Below, piece after piece: positions 1-13,365 of a DNA stretch of 64,000 nucleotides; position 1 is the first letter of the stretch; each line of letters starts with the position of its first letter. The notes under the pieces are model-generated. The model saw nothing but the letters and a program-made list of their open reading frames with translations, was not told where the DNA came from and searched no databases. Position numbers and translations under genes: made by a program. The stretch is from Paraspadella gotoi (taxonomy: Eukaryota > Animalia > Chaetognatha), in the NCBI GenBank assembly GCA_051294375.1, contig CM119269.1, forward strand, positions 11,328,883 to 11,392,882, read 5' to 3'.

Positions 1-48
1 TGTCTCTCTCTCTCTCTGCTATCTCTCTCTCCTTCTCTCTTCTCTCTT

Positions 49-111
<63 letters not shown>

Positions 112-293
112 CTTTCTTTCTTTCTTTTCTTTCTTTTCTTTTTTTTTTCTTTCTTTCTTCTTTCTTTCTTTCTTTTCTTTCTTTCTTTCTTTCTTTTTCT
201 TTCTTTCTTTCTTGCATTCTTTCTTTACTTATTCTAATTATTTTTTAATTTTCTTCCTCTTTCTTTTGCTCTCGATCTTTTTGTCTGTTTGTG

Positions 294-347
<54 letters not shown>

Positions 348-737
348 TTCTCTCTCTATTCTCTTTCTCGCGGCCACCACAGCCTTGAAAGTTGAAAAAT
401 TTCCCCTTTCCGAAAAAAAACCCCTATTATTAAATTGGAATGTTTTTCAGCTTCCCAAATGTGAGCCGTGACAGCATTAAGTGCAATCACGCGCAACCAC
501 TTGACTAGCGTCACATCCTCAGAGACTTTCTTGTCTTTCCTCGGAATATTTTTCATACTTTAAAACGCGCCGCGCAAAACACAAAACTCCTTTCAAAAAA
601 GTGCTGCTGATAAATTTGAGCTCCGACAGCTCAGAAAGAAAAAAAAACTCCGGCACGAACGGGACAAACTAAAGAAAGATACAGGCCCACAACTTTGTAG
701 GCTGCCAAGAAACAATTATCATACACACATCGCTACA

Positions 738-801
<64 letters not shown>

Positions 802-2565
802 TCTCTCTCTCTTCTTTTCTCCCCTCTCTTTTTCTCTCATGTCCAGCTTCTGCTTGCATGTGGAGCGACATTTATTTTTCTTAACCTTAATTAAACGGAA
901 GCATGGTTTCTTTTAAAAGAGAAAATAAGAAAGAACGTGAGGAACGAGCGGGAGGCGAAGTAGGATGAGGAGAAAGAGGACGGAAGAAGAAGTAGGAGAG
1001 AAAGGACGATAGGAGGAAGTCGCTTCGAGAAAAAAAAGAGGAAATAAAAAAATGAGAAGAAAAGGGAAAAACGGGAGATCCTTTTTTTTTTCTTGTCGGA
1101 GAAAAGGTGGAGATAAGAGAGTCAGCGGAAGGAGAAGAGAACTAAAAGGAAAGAAAGGAGGAAAGGAGGAAAGGAAAAGACAAAGAGGGAGAAAAGCGAG
1201 ACGATTGAAAAGGAGGAAAGGGAGGCTTAAAATTGATGGCGATCAGCGACACCGTCCGTCGAGAGAAATTAAAACGATCACGCAAACCTCGATTCCAACC
1301 GACGAGTTTTCCGCGTGGGAGGGGGAAAGGGGGAGGATGAGGAAAAACAGGTTGGGGGGGGAATCAACTCGCTCGATCTCCAGGGAAAACACAAAACAGT
1401 TTATGTTTTTTTGGTCGTTAGACTCGAGAGGAAACAAAGGATACAGGATGTTTTTTTTCATACGGGACGAATCGATTCAGTTTTGTCGAGAAAAAAGGAA
1501 GAAACGAAACTCAAAACTCAAAGTTGGAAGCGTTCGAACAACACTGCACCTCAATCATCCGACGTCTCACGTGCAACCTGTTGCGCATTCATCGCTTTCT
1601 CGACAAAAGGGCGAGCGTTGGGATTTCGCAATTTTTAATCTTTTCCGAGAAGCGAAAAACTGAAAGCAAATCAAAAAATATTTCTGCTTTCGCTTTCGTT
1701 GACTTCAAACGATCTTCGGCTCTCTTTTCCGACAGTGCCTCATTTCCGATCATTAGTTTAATCCCTAACTCAATCCCTAATCAATTAAACGTAGTGAGAA
1801 AAAGAGAGTTCAATAATTTACTCGATCGTATTCGAAATTGTATTTATGCAGGAGACGGGTCCGAGGTCCACGTGCCGTAAATAATCGCGAAAACGATACA
1901 GATAATACAAAAACGACAAAAACATAACCATAGGCATAGCATGTCAAAAAGCTTAGTTATTAAATGAATGAATCATTTTTACTTTGGGCGTACCAATTTT
2001 ATTAACTCGGGGGGGGGGGAAAGGACAAACATTGCGATTTTTATTTATTTTTAATATTTCCAGTGATGCAATGACAAAATTCATTTCAGCATCTAGGGCT
2101 TCGAACGAGTATCATCTCGACCAAATTTCGTTGTCAGAGAAGCGAAGAAGTGCGATGCCCTCGTGATTAAGGTGAAAGAAAAAGATGAGGAATCTATATT
2201 TTCTCGACAAAAGTGCAAGCATCGGGACTTTTGTCGTTTTAACTTTTTCAGTGACGCAAATGCAGAATAAAATTATCTTTTCTCTATTAACTCCATTGGC
2301 TTCTATCCTAGCACACAGAAACGAGATTCGTCCACCTTGTAATTAATTAGCTTTTGTTGTCAGGAAATCGCTGCATAAGCTCTCTCGATTGAGATTAAGA
2401 GGAACATTTTCGGTATTCTCAACGAAAAGGCAAGCGTGGGTTTTTTTCTTATTACTTTTTTAATTAATTAATTAATTAATTAATTAATTTTGAATTAACT
2501 GCAAATCTGGAATCCAGGGCCGTTTCAATCGAGTTAGTTGTATGGTGTACTTCTGTAATGTAGAG

Positions 2566-2706
2566 GGAGAATCTCGGAGAATCTCGGAGAATCTCGGAGA
2601 ATCTCGGAGAATCTCGGAGAATCTCGGAGAATCTCGGAGAATCTCGGAGAATCTCGGAGAATCTCGGAGAATCTCGGAGAATCTCGGAGAATCTCGGAGA
2701 ATCTCG
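2566..2706. repeat. Perfect 10-bp tandem repeat (GGAGAATCTC) x ~14
   Basis: Directly visible; it produces the DSPRFSEILR pseudo-ORF. Confidence 0.95.
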
Positions 2707-3952
2707 ACAAAATGACCTTGAATTATTTTTGACCTCTGACCTTTTCAGTGACAAATGGGAAAATATTTTTTTCGGCTTCTCTGGCCTACACCCAGGAATT
2801 CAACCAATTCGATTATACGGAAGAATTTAAAGGTCAAATTGTGGCGGTATATTCACACCGCCTCACGTCCACCATCCTTCAGCCAAATCTATTGGCTCAG
2901 AGGGGGAACACCTCATCCCAGGCGTAGTGTTCCATCCACAGTCCTAACGACTTCCCTCTGCGTTGGCAAAGCGAGACCGTCCTAGGGTAACCGCGCCAGT
3001 GACTGGAGGCGTCACTGAGGGTCGGAAGCTCCCAAAGCCAACATTGAGATGCCCCATCCCCATGGGCATCGCAGGCAGCCCGGCTGTTGTCATAAGATAT
3101 AGTTATTTGTGCCTTTTTAACCCTTCATGACGCATTGAGGAAAGCGAAAAACCAAAGCCTTTTCTGGGTTTAATCTTTGACCTGGGCATAAAGGTTCTTG
3201 ATTACGCGAAGATTGAGGGAGAATCTCAGTGGCGAAGTTATAATATATATATATATATATATGTATTATCATTTCATTTTCTCTTGCTTCTCTCCTCCGA
3301 ACGGGGAAATGAGGGTCTTTGCAACCTTCGACGTCAGAGGAGCGCTGCGAAGCCCCCGCCAAGAGAGAGAGAGAGAGAGAATGAGAGAGAGAGAGATAGT
3401 GTTGCAACGAGTTACGAGCAAATTGTTTTTTTTTTTTCGACCAGTTTGTTTTAATGCGAACCAAAAATGATAGTTGACGCTGTTAATCGACGTTGATGGG
3501 CTTGGTATTCCCGCGGGATTTCGTTTTTGTCCTCATATCTCCGTCAGCCTTTGCCGTCTCTATCTCTGTCTTCACTTTGCGCATTCATTCATTTTATCTC
3601 CTTTGTTTTTACGCCGCATTGAGATCGCTCACATCCCCATTTTTTTTATTCCCAACTATTTTTCTTCTCCGCTTTTTCCCTATTGTTATCACCCATCATT
3701 TTCTTTTTGCCTTCATTTTCTTACAACCATTGTTTACCTTCTTAATCTCAGAATTTAAAAAATGACGTTTTGCATAAAAGAACGCTTGAAGATTGGGCTG
3801 CTTTCTTGAGGATCAGTTTTCTCCCTATTTTAAGTCATTAACTTAACTTAAATTGTGTCAAACAAAATTCAAAAAAATTTTGCTTGGAATTTTCCCCAAA
3901 AAAATTTTGTTGCGATTTTATTGTGTTTGTTTATCGGTGGGAGGGAGCTTTG

Positions 3953-4108
<156 letters not shown>

Positions 4109-4753
4109 ACGCTTGAAAGAAAATACTGAAAAGGGCTTCGTCAGGCTTCAAACAAAAAGAAAGAGAAGGAAATCGTAAGGCATGAATGAAAAAAGAAAGA
4201 AAGTAAAAAAAATATCAGAAAGAAATTGGAAATTTTTACGTACACCCTGTAACGACTCGGTAGTTACCAATCTTTGCCACTGAAATACCAACAGCAACAA
4301 CGATTAATTAAAACGAGTAAACATGGGAATAAATGATTGAGAATAATGCGAGAATAACTAATTAAAGGCAGGAATAAACGTTTGAAATAAAAGGATGAAA
4401 GGGAGATCAACTCCGGCAAGGAACGCAGTCCTTAGCCTCACTGGGGGGATTAAGAAAGGGGAAAAGGATCTGAGAAAGCGAGAAACCAACAATCGCCGTT
4501 TCATGTGAAAATAGGTCTGACGTCGACCGCGAAGCCAGAAAAGATTGCAAAGTTGCACCTTGAAGCACCTTGAAGGCTTGACGGAAAAACTTTATCGCCG
4601 AGAAATTTAGAGTTTTTTTTTTTTTTTTTGTTGTTTTTTTTAATTAACAAATCCGCGATAAAGAAGCAAAGATTTTAAGTTATCACTTGAATTGTCTTCG
4701 CGTGAGATAAGGTCGCGCGCAAGCTTGTAGCGCTTTCGCCAAGAGTAATTAGC

Positions 4754-4792
<39 letters not shown>

Positions 4793-4818
4793 AGAGAGGA
4801 GAGAGAGAGAGAGAGAAG

Positions 4819-4868
<50 letters not shown>

Positions 4869-5919
4869 AAAGACACCTTTAAAGTGGCTCTTTCTGCTTC
4901 TTTGATTAATGAGTGAAGAAAGATTAAATTTATTATTGTCGACGGGAAGTTGCTGAGTTTCATTTTTTTAAAAAAATCAACCGGGCGATTGCAGTTTCTT
5001 CTTTGGTTTTATTCATTACAAACCAAACTACTTATCGACAATTCTGCGATTGATTAAAGCATACACGGATTTAAAATGGGAATGAAATGAAAAGGTCAAA
5101 TACTTTGGCTAAATTATTTGTTATAGCAACTTTAGATTTTCCCCCCTGGCATTTTTTCTCTTTCAACTCCCAATAGTCCAGCTTGCTTACTTTCTTAGTT
5201 TTGTGCTTATCAATAGCACTGTCGAATTTCAATAAAGAAAATTTTTGCATTTGAAAAGGACCTTTTTGTTATAAAATATATTTTTCTGAAAAAAAGTTTT
5301 GGTTTATCTTAGAAATATAGAGCAATCAGAATGTCAAAGACTTTTTTTCACAATCACAATGACAGCCTTTTTCATTTTCTAGTTTTTCTAGTTAAAACTT
5401 ATAGAAAATAAAAATTTCACCCTTGATGATATATATATATCTGGCAATATATATATATATCTGGCAATATATTTATCTATCCTTATAGACTATAGATTGA
5501 CGCATAAGCAAATTCAACTACCCTAATTTTCACTTTTCGTTTTTTTTTCCCTTTTTCCGTCCTGTCATAATAAAGAGTATTAAAAGGGGCAAAACTATCA
5601 CAGTCAAAAAAATCTAACTCCCTCACAAACAGAAGCGACGTAAGACTTAGGAAATGCGGAGACTTAAGCGTGCCCTAACGGCACTAACGCGAGCGAAGGA
5701 TCACAGCCAGGATCACGAGGTTCCAAGGTTTGGGGGGAAACTTGGCGAGCGTGGGGAGGAGGGGGTGTCCGGGAGGTGGGAGGAATAAAGAGGTAGTTGG
5801 TGGAGTTGAGGAATGAGGGTGAAGTTGAAAGGGGAAGAGTGGTGACGAAGGGGCAGTCATGCGGAATTGGCATAAGGCGACAGCAAAGAGAGTCGCAGTA
5901 AAGGAAGAACCGAGGCTGA

Positions 5920-5966
<47 letters not shown>

Positions 5967-6380
5967 AGAGAAAGAGAGAGAGAGAGAGAGAAAAAAAGAA
6001 AAGAAAAGTGTGTGTGTGTGAAAAGTTGAAGCCAGAGTTAAAAAAGGCGAAGAAGACGAGTCACGAAAGAGACAGAGATGAACGAAAGATAAAAAAAAAA
6101 AAACGGCGAAAGGAGATATCTGTGTGGATGAGGAGATGAGAGGGATGGGAGGGAGAGGAAGAGGAAAAGAGAAAAACAGAGACAGAGGAGGAAGAGGAAG
6201 AGGAAAGGAGAAAAAATAGAGAGAGGAGAAGAGAGATAGAGAGAGAGAGAGAGAGAGCACTGAAATAAACGGGGAAGTTAACCTCGGGTCAGGGAGTTGA
6301 TCTTCGGCGTCTGTGTCTTACCTTTTTTCAATTGAGGGTAAGCGTGGGGGAGGAAGGTAAAAATACGATAAAAAGAAGAA

Positions 6381-6469
<89 letters not shown>

Positions 6470-6980
6470 AAAATAGAAAAATAAAAAGGGAAAAGTAAAT
6501 TAATGGAAGAAAGAAAAAAAGAAGTGGAACAGAAAAAGAAAGAGCTTAGGGAAAATCAAACGAAAAAAAAAAATAGGGAAAAGGAAATTATCGAAAAAAG
6601 TGGAAAACGTTCGACGGATTCCTTCTCTTCCAGATTGGAAAAGGAAAAGGAAAAGGAAAAGAAAAGTCAATTCACTTCACGAAGTCTCACAAACTTGAAA
6701 CTTCACAATTCTCTCGCCTCGATTCACGAGCGAACCAACGAGGAGATAAGAAAGGGAGGCAGTGATTGAGTAGGAGCGATTTACCACTTAACAAGAAAAG
6801 ACGGTTGGGTGAAAGAAAAAATAGGGAAAGACCTGGCCGATTAGTAAAGGAATTATTTTCTTTTTCGAAACCACCCAAGGAATCATTACCCTTATCTTCA
6901 AGGGACGAACCAAAGGCACAACTAATTGCAACAGCTTTCAGTCTCTTTGAAATGTCATTTATTTTCCCAAATTTGATTTA

Positions 6981-7066
<86 letters not shown>

Positions 7067-7413
7067 TCAAGCCTTTCTCCATCTATACCAATTAATTTTT
7101 ATCTCTCATCCCTCCACATTAGAATGGCCCTTGATCGAATTAAGGTGGCTTCAACACCGGCATGTTCGGATCGCCGCATCGCAGCATTTCCGCATAGCCG
7201 TATTTCCAGCCAAGCGGCGATGTAGCCATCGACCGAAGCTGTCAAAGTCGCCACGACGAAAAGGACGACAAAAACGACGATCATATTTTTGGGGACGACG
7301 ACCTGCGCCCAATTCGCTTCGTCGGCAGACGACAGTTCCGGTTAACTTTGGGTCAGTGCGGACAAGAGCGGGACGTCGATGAAGACGACGACAATTACGA
7401 CGGCGATGACCAA

Positions 7414-7414
<1 letters not shown>

Positions 7415-7454
<40 letters not shown>

Positions 7455-7556
7455 AGAGATCATAATCGACCTCGACGTTTTGCGTTTTCGACGTGAACCA
7501 ACGCATCACGACTCTCCTGGCAGCCAACAAGATTTCTAGTCACTGCAGCCAACGCA

Positions 7557-7633
<77 letters not shown>
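7415..7633. repeat. Adjacent (GAC)n (7415-7453) and (CCG)n (7557-7633) trinucleotide tracts
   Basis: Directly visible. Confidence 0.95.
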
Positions 7634-7634
<1 letters not shown>

Positions 7635-8204
7635 GGAACGACGACGACGACTAGGAATTTTTCTGGTGACAGGAAAAGATCTGGCGACGCGAAAATCGCG
7701 CGAGACAGAAATAGGAGGAAAAAAAAAAAGGAAATCTGAGTTAGTATTTATAAAAAAATCAAAGGGTAACAAAAAACCAAAAAAGAAAAAAAAAAGGTAG
7801 AGGAAAAAGAAGAGTTTCGAGCTGGCGAAAAAATCGAGGGGATTTCCTTTTTTCTCTTTTTCCCCCTTATTTTTTTATGGGTCCAAAGCAGAGAAGACGT
7901 TGAAGGCATCGTTCCATGAAGTTTCATGTTCCGACACGAATTCTGGAAGAAATTGAGAGGGTTTTAGACTAGGAAAGGTTTGGGTGCGGGGTCCACTAGG
8001 GTGAGGGATGCAGAAGGGGCTGGGCGGGGGGGTGGAAAAAGGGAAAAAAAGGTGAGACTGGGGTTTTGTCTTGAAAAGGTGAAAAAATAAAATGGCAATA
8101 AAGTAGACAAAAGAGGGAAAGAGACAAAAGGAGGCTCTTAAGAACAAAAGAAAGGAAAAAAAAAGGAAAGGACTTAAAAAACCTAAAAGGCCAAAATAGG
8201 AGAA

Positions 8205-8530
8205 GTTAGAGGATGAGGGGGAGGGTGTAAAAAAAAGGAAAGTAAAAGATAGAGACCCGGGAACAAAGATAGGGACAGAGAGATGGTGAAGGAAAAGGAA
8301 AGGACTTGGGAAAAAACTACATAAGGCTAAGAATTTAGAGGAAAAAGGAGAGGAAGGGTAAAAAAAAGGAAAGTAAAAGATAGAGACCCAGGAAAAATGA
8401 TAGGGACGGATAGATTGGAAAGGAAAGGAAAGAAAAGGCTTAGAATCTAGAGGAAAAAGGAGGGGAAGGGTAAAAAAAAAGGAAAGTAAAAGGATAGGGG
8501 CCGAGAATTGGTAAAAAAAAAAGGAAAGGG
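8205..8530. repeat. Degenerate ~120-bp tandem repeat, ~3 copies
   Basis: tagagga..gggtaaaaaaaaggaaagtaaaagatagagaccc recurs at ~8207, 8336 and 8448. Confidence 0.7.
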
Positions 8531-9260
8531 ATAGGAAGGAAGATCGGGGAAGATTCTAAAACGGAGGAGAATTAAAGATCGCAATGTCGAATGATCTCGT
8601 TAAAAGCGTTTTCGTTCGATCGAGGACCAACGACCGATGGAAAGGGCTGATGGGGAAGAGGAACAAGGTCGATGGAGACTGGAGAGGAGTTGGTTAGGAA
8701 ATTGGACCAAGTTTGAGAATTAGGTTATATATTTAGTAAACGATTAAGTTTACTTAATAAAGATAAAATAATTTCAGGGAATGTGGGGTTTTTGGTAAAA
8801 AATAGTTCGAGGAAGCCCGTTGAAGAATTTATCTGCAGAGATTAGGAAAGGTGAGGCAATTATGCCCATTTATGTTGATGTGGAAGTACGAAGTGTTAGA
8901 TTGATGGAGCCAAGGAATTTGATAGGAGTTTTGGGTCAGGAGGTTTTTTGATTGGAAGGAATAAATTTGGTTGAAAGGGTTGAAATATGAGTTGAGTTGA
9001 AAGAGATGAAAGATGCGGTTTTCTAGATGATGTAAAAAACAGTTGAGACTGAATTGAAATAGAAGTCAGTTGTTATGATTATATTGGATAAGACGTCGTT
9101 GATTGTTGAAGAAAAAGAGATGAAAGATAATATACAATATATATAATATATATAATATGTTGTGGACAAGGGAAGAATAGAAGATGAGGAGATTGAAAAG
9201 AAGGAGATGAGTTGAGCGGAAAACGCGAGGGCGATTACCGGATCTTTCGAAAAGATTGGA

Positions 9261-9314
<54 letters not shown>

Positions 9315-11245
9315 TAGAGAGAGATCGCTTCGTGGATGTTGCTCAATTTACTCACTCCTCGGCGGAGAAGATGGCCGAGAGAGATAAAGAGAAAAAGGGA
9401 GGAAGAGATAAATAGAGGAGGAAGGAACGAAGTTTGAAAAAAAAAGAAGGTTAATTGAAAAGAAAAAGGAAAGAAAAGAGAGAAAAAAAAAGAAGGAAAA
9501 CAAAGTTGAAAAAAAAGAAGAGATGAGGACGATTCTTTCTCATACGGCAATCCCTCGGAATGTTTTGACTTAAAAACATCCTTTCCACAAATTAAACCAA
9601 GGGGCTCATGTCGTCGTCCTTGTCGTCTTTTTCGTCGTCGTTATCGTCGTCGTTCTTCGTCTTGTTACCCTCTCAAAGACTCGTGTTGTTTGCGCAGATT
9701 TGAAAAGGCAGTGGAATGGCTCGAGAGCTCCTTTTTCTCTTTATGCGTTTTTTTTTCTTTTTTCAAAGAAAAGTTGTATGAAGCCGACAGTGTTCCATGA
9801 AAACGCTCGTGAAAAGAAATGTTTAGATCTATGAAGCCGACGTTAGCGGCGAAGCCATAAAAAGAAAATGAAAAAGCACAAAGAATAATAATTTGTTTTG
9901 TATTGACATTTTTTTTCTCGCTCCAAAGATTATTCGAGGAACTTTGATTATCATTCATAACTCATAAAACTGACATTAAACATACTAAAGCAAACAGTTG
10001 TGCTCAAGAACCGAAAGGCACACTCTGACAGTCGGACACCCGCGACGCAATAAGCCTGAAACAACATCAGACGCCAGAAATGTAGGTCGAAAGAAGCTTA
10101 AGAAAAAATAAAAAAGGATAAACGAAGAACAATGGCGTCATCTCTCGTCAAAACATTGGGCGAAACCGATTGGGCGGCAAAGCCCGGGCGAGAAGGGAAG
10201 TGTAAGGAGAGTAGGGAAGAAAAGGGTCGAGTCCGATCGTTTGAGTCGTCGTTCATACAATCGCCGGTCTTGTCCGGACGGACGGACGGACCTGTCTCTT
10301 TCATCGCCGCTTCGTGCTTCCGACGCATGTACGGACAGAAAACCGGAGGCGTTCCCACGAGAAAAGACGGTAAATATAAATATCACGAATCCTTTGGCTT
10401 CGCTCGTCGGGGAAAGAATGGGTTTGATTTATTGATCTCGATTTTACGGACGAGCGGTTTAAAAGGATCCCGCGTTCATCTTTTTCTTCTCCTCTTCGCT
10501 CGAGTCGGCATCGCCACCCGGTGCCGGGGTCCGGCCGAACGCCGGCGCTTACCTTATGGAACCTTGGAAAGTGGAGGAGGAAATGGGTTGGTGAGTAAAG
10601 AAATCGAGGAAGGCGGGGCTTTCGGTTTTTAGGAAGCAAGGTCGGATTAAATCTCCTTTAAGCTGATTCGATAATTATTCGATTCGCGAGGATGTGGCGT
10701 CAACACCGCGAAAATTCCGAAATGTGACTTTCGAAAAATCAGCGGAGAAAGAAGTTTCGAATCATATCCCTCACTGATAACATCAGTCTACTGGGATACA
10801 TTTGTTTTCTTTTCACAGACATTGAGGGGACAGATTCGCGCATTCATCTCGCTAATAGCCCTTTTGAGGTTTCGGGTTTTTTTCATATCTTTTTAAAATT
10901 TACCTTTCTTTTCTTTCCCCGAACAACATTTCCATTTTTCATAAATTAACTTCCCTTTTCGTATCAGTTGCCCGTCGCAGGCGCAAAAAAAAAAAAAAAA
11001 AAAAGGCGAGCAAATACGACAAAATGTCTACTAAATTAATGAATTGATAAATATCGGAGAATGAAAATATATTTTTACTTTTTTTTGACGTTCGCTTTTA
11101 ACTTAACGAATTCAATTTTGAAAATTGTTCTTTTTTTTCTTCTTCCTCTTCAAAAGAGAAAAATTGATGAACTGATAAGAAGAGACGAAGGACGACGGAA
11201 TTTGACTGATCGAGGCAATCGCCCATTCTTGATTTCCTTCCATCC

Positions 11246-11370
<125 letters not shown>

Positions 11371-12220
11371 TTTCTTTTCTCTTTTCGGTCGAAATTTTTT
11401 GGAGGCAGAGTTCTTACCTTCGACCTCTTTTCTCGTCCATCGTCCCTATTTTTTTTCTCGGTCTTCGGTTTTCTGGATTTTTCTTTCCTTCTTTTTTTGT
11501 TCCCTTTTCATCGATGCCTTCCTTTCCTTTTTCAACTTTCGACATTCTTCCTTCGCACAGCATCGACTTGTTTTCCCTCTAGGCGAGATATAACTTCGGT
11601 TTTATTTTTTTCCCCCGAATCTCGTCGACTTTTCTAACGGCCAAGAACTAAGCCTTCTCTTTCTCCTTTCACTCTCCCTTTCCTCCCTTCTTTTTCTCCC
11701 TTCCTTTTATCCTTCCCTCTTCTTTCCACTTCCTCCCTCAACTGAGTCTTGAATAAGTTTTTCTTCAAAACCGAGACGCAAAGTATCGAAATATTTTCCA
11801 TCCAACAAACGATTCGAAACCGTTTTCTCCGGGGGCGCTATAAAAAGAGGGCGCGCGCGGGGAAATCGATTTTCTGGCGAAAACTCGTCTCCTAGCGATT
11901 GCGGTATTAGCGGGAATTCCGCCTTGACGCGCGGGGAGAGAAAGGGGGGCCGCCGGGACGCGTTGTGCCGCGCCCCTTTCCGGTTTAAACGGAAGCGAAA
12001 ATTTTACACGTTAGGTTGTTTTTCTTGAATGGAGGCAAAAGCATTTCTCTTCCACTCCAAGCTCTTGTTGTTTTTTTTTTCTCTCTCTCTTTAGAATTTC
12101 TAATTTTCAAGCGTTCAATTATTCGGAAAAAAAAACAAAATATTGGGTTTTCTCTTCCAGTACGAAAAGCCCTAATAACATTCTATGCGCATAATTACTT
12201 TTTCCCCCCCTTTCTTCTCT

Positions 12221-12289
<69 letters not shown>

Positions 12290-12849
12290 CTCTTCCCTTT
12301 TTTTTTTCATACTCATTTTTCATCCTTCTGCGTTTCTTTCTGATTATGAGCGCGCATAAAAAGTAGGTTGGACGTCTGGCGGAAAAAGGTGAGGTACCTT
12401 AAGCGATTCGCTAGATCGCTTTGGCGGGAAAAGTCGGTTCGTAATAGGAAGGGTGGTATCCTTGCTTTATAATGTGCCCTGGGGTGGAGCTTTTTTACGA
12501 GCAGTTTCGAGTAATCTCTCTCTCTCTCTCTCTCACTCTCTCTCTCTCTTTCTTTCTCCTATAATTCTTTTGTTCTCTCTCTTTCTCTCCTTTTTGTTCC
12601 ACTGCCCTAAATTTGCGGTCTCTCTCAATGGTACCCATAAACTCCATATTTCAGCGCCACACAAATCGAATCTTAAGAATGATTAATTCGATAAACTGAG
12701 GATCGACGGGCATTAATTTTTACGATCACAATCATTTTTAGTTTTACACTTAATTTTTTCGTCAATTAATCACTTTTGTCGATGACATTATATTATATTT
12801 AAATTATGAAATTCGATTCTTTTCATTCTTTTAATCTCTTATAGCAAAC

Positions 12850-13050
12850 CTTTGGGCACATTCTCGTTGACCCTGGCCCGGATGTACTTCTCCGGGAAGA
12901 CGGGGGCGTTGTCGTTGGCGTCCTCCAAGAGGATCTCGATGCCCTGTTGCGCCGCGTAGTCGCCCAAATGCGCCTCCACCACAATCGAGTAGCGGTCGCG
13001 TCCGCGTGGGGGATCGCGATCTAATCCAGGCACGCCTACCGTCAGGGCGC
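12850..13050 (-). CDS. Cadherin-superfamily gene, exon E5: second half of first cadherin (EC) repeat and start of the next
   Basis: Acceptor ccctCAG|GC at 13051/13050 and donor AAAG|GTTTG at 12850/12849; 201 bp, phase 1-1. Translates (G)ALTVGVPGLDRDPPRGRDRYSIVVEAHLGDYAAQQGIEILLEDANDNAPVFPEKYIRARVNENVPK(G), carrying the canonical cadherin motifs LDRD, DxNDNxPxF and xEN. It is a GC-rich island in AT-rich flanks. Confidence 0.95.
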
Positions 13051-13365
13051 CTGAGGGAGGTGGATTTGATTTGATCAATTTCATTTCATTTCATTTTTAT
13101 CGAGCCTACCGCCGAAGCCGGTTCAGGCTCGATATTGATTCGGGTCAGCTTCTTTGTGACGTCGTCGTCGTCGTCGGCGTCGTCGTCGTCGGCGTCACGC
13201 TGTTTTTATATAAAAACTACTACGCTTTTATAGGTTAAATAAAAATTATTATGAATTATGATAAAGTTTTACAAAAGTGTGCGATCATAGTAAGTTAAAA
13301 ATTTAGATATGGCTTCTCATCTTGAAATAGCTTTGATATTTTCTTATTATATTTGGATTTAAGTA

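Noticed and set aside
12839-13084. 81-aa stand-alone ORF
   Set aside because: It is an internal exon (12850-13050); the ORF ends are intronic.
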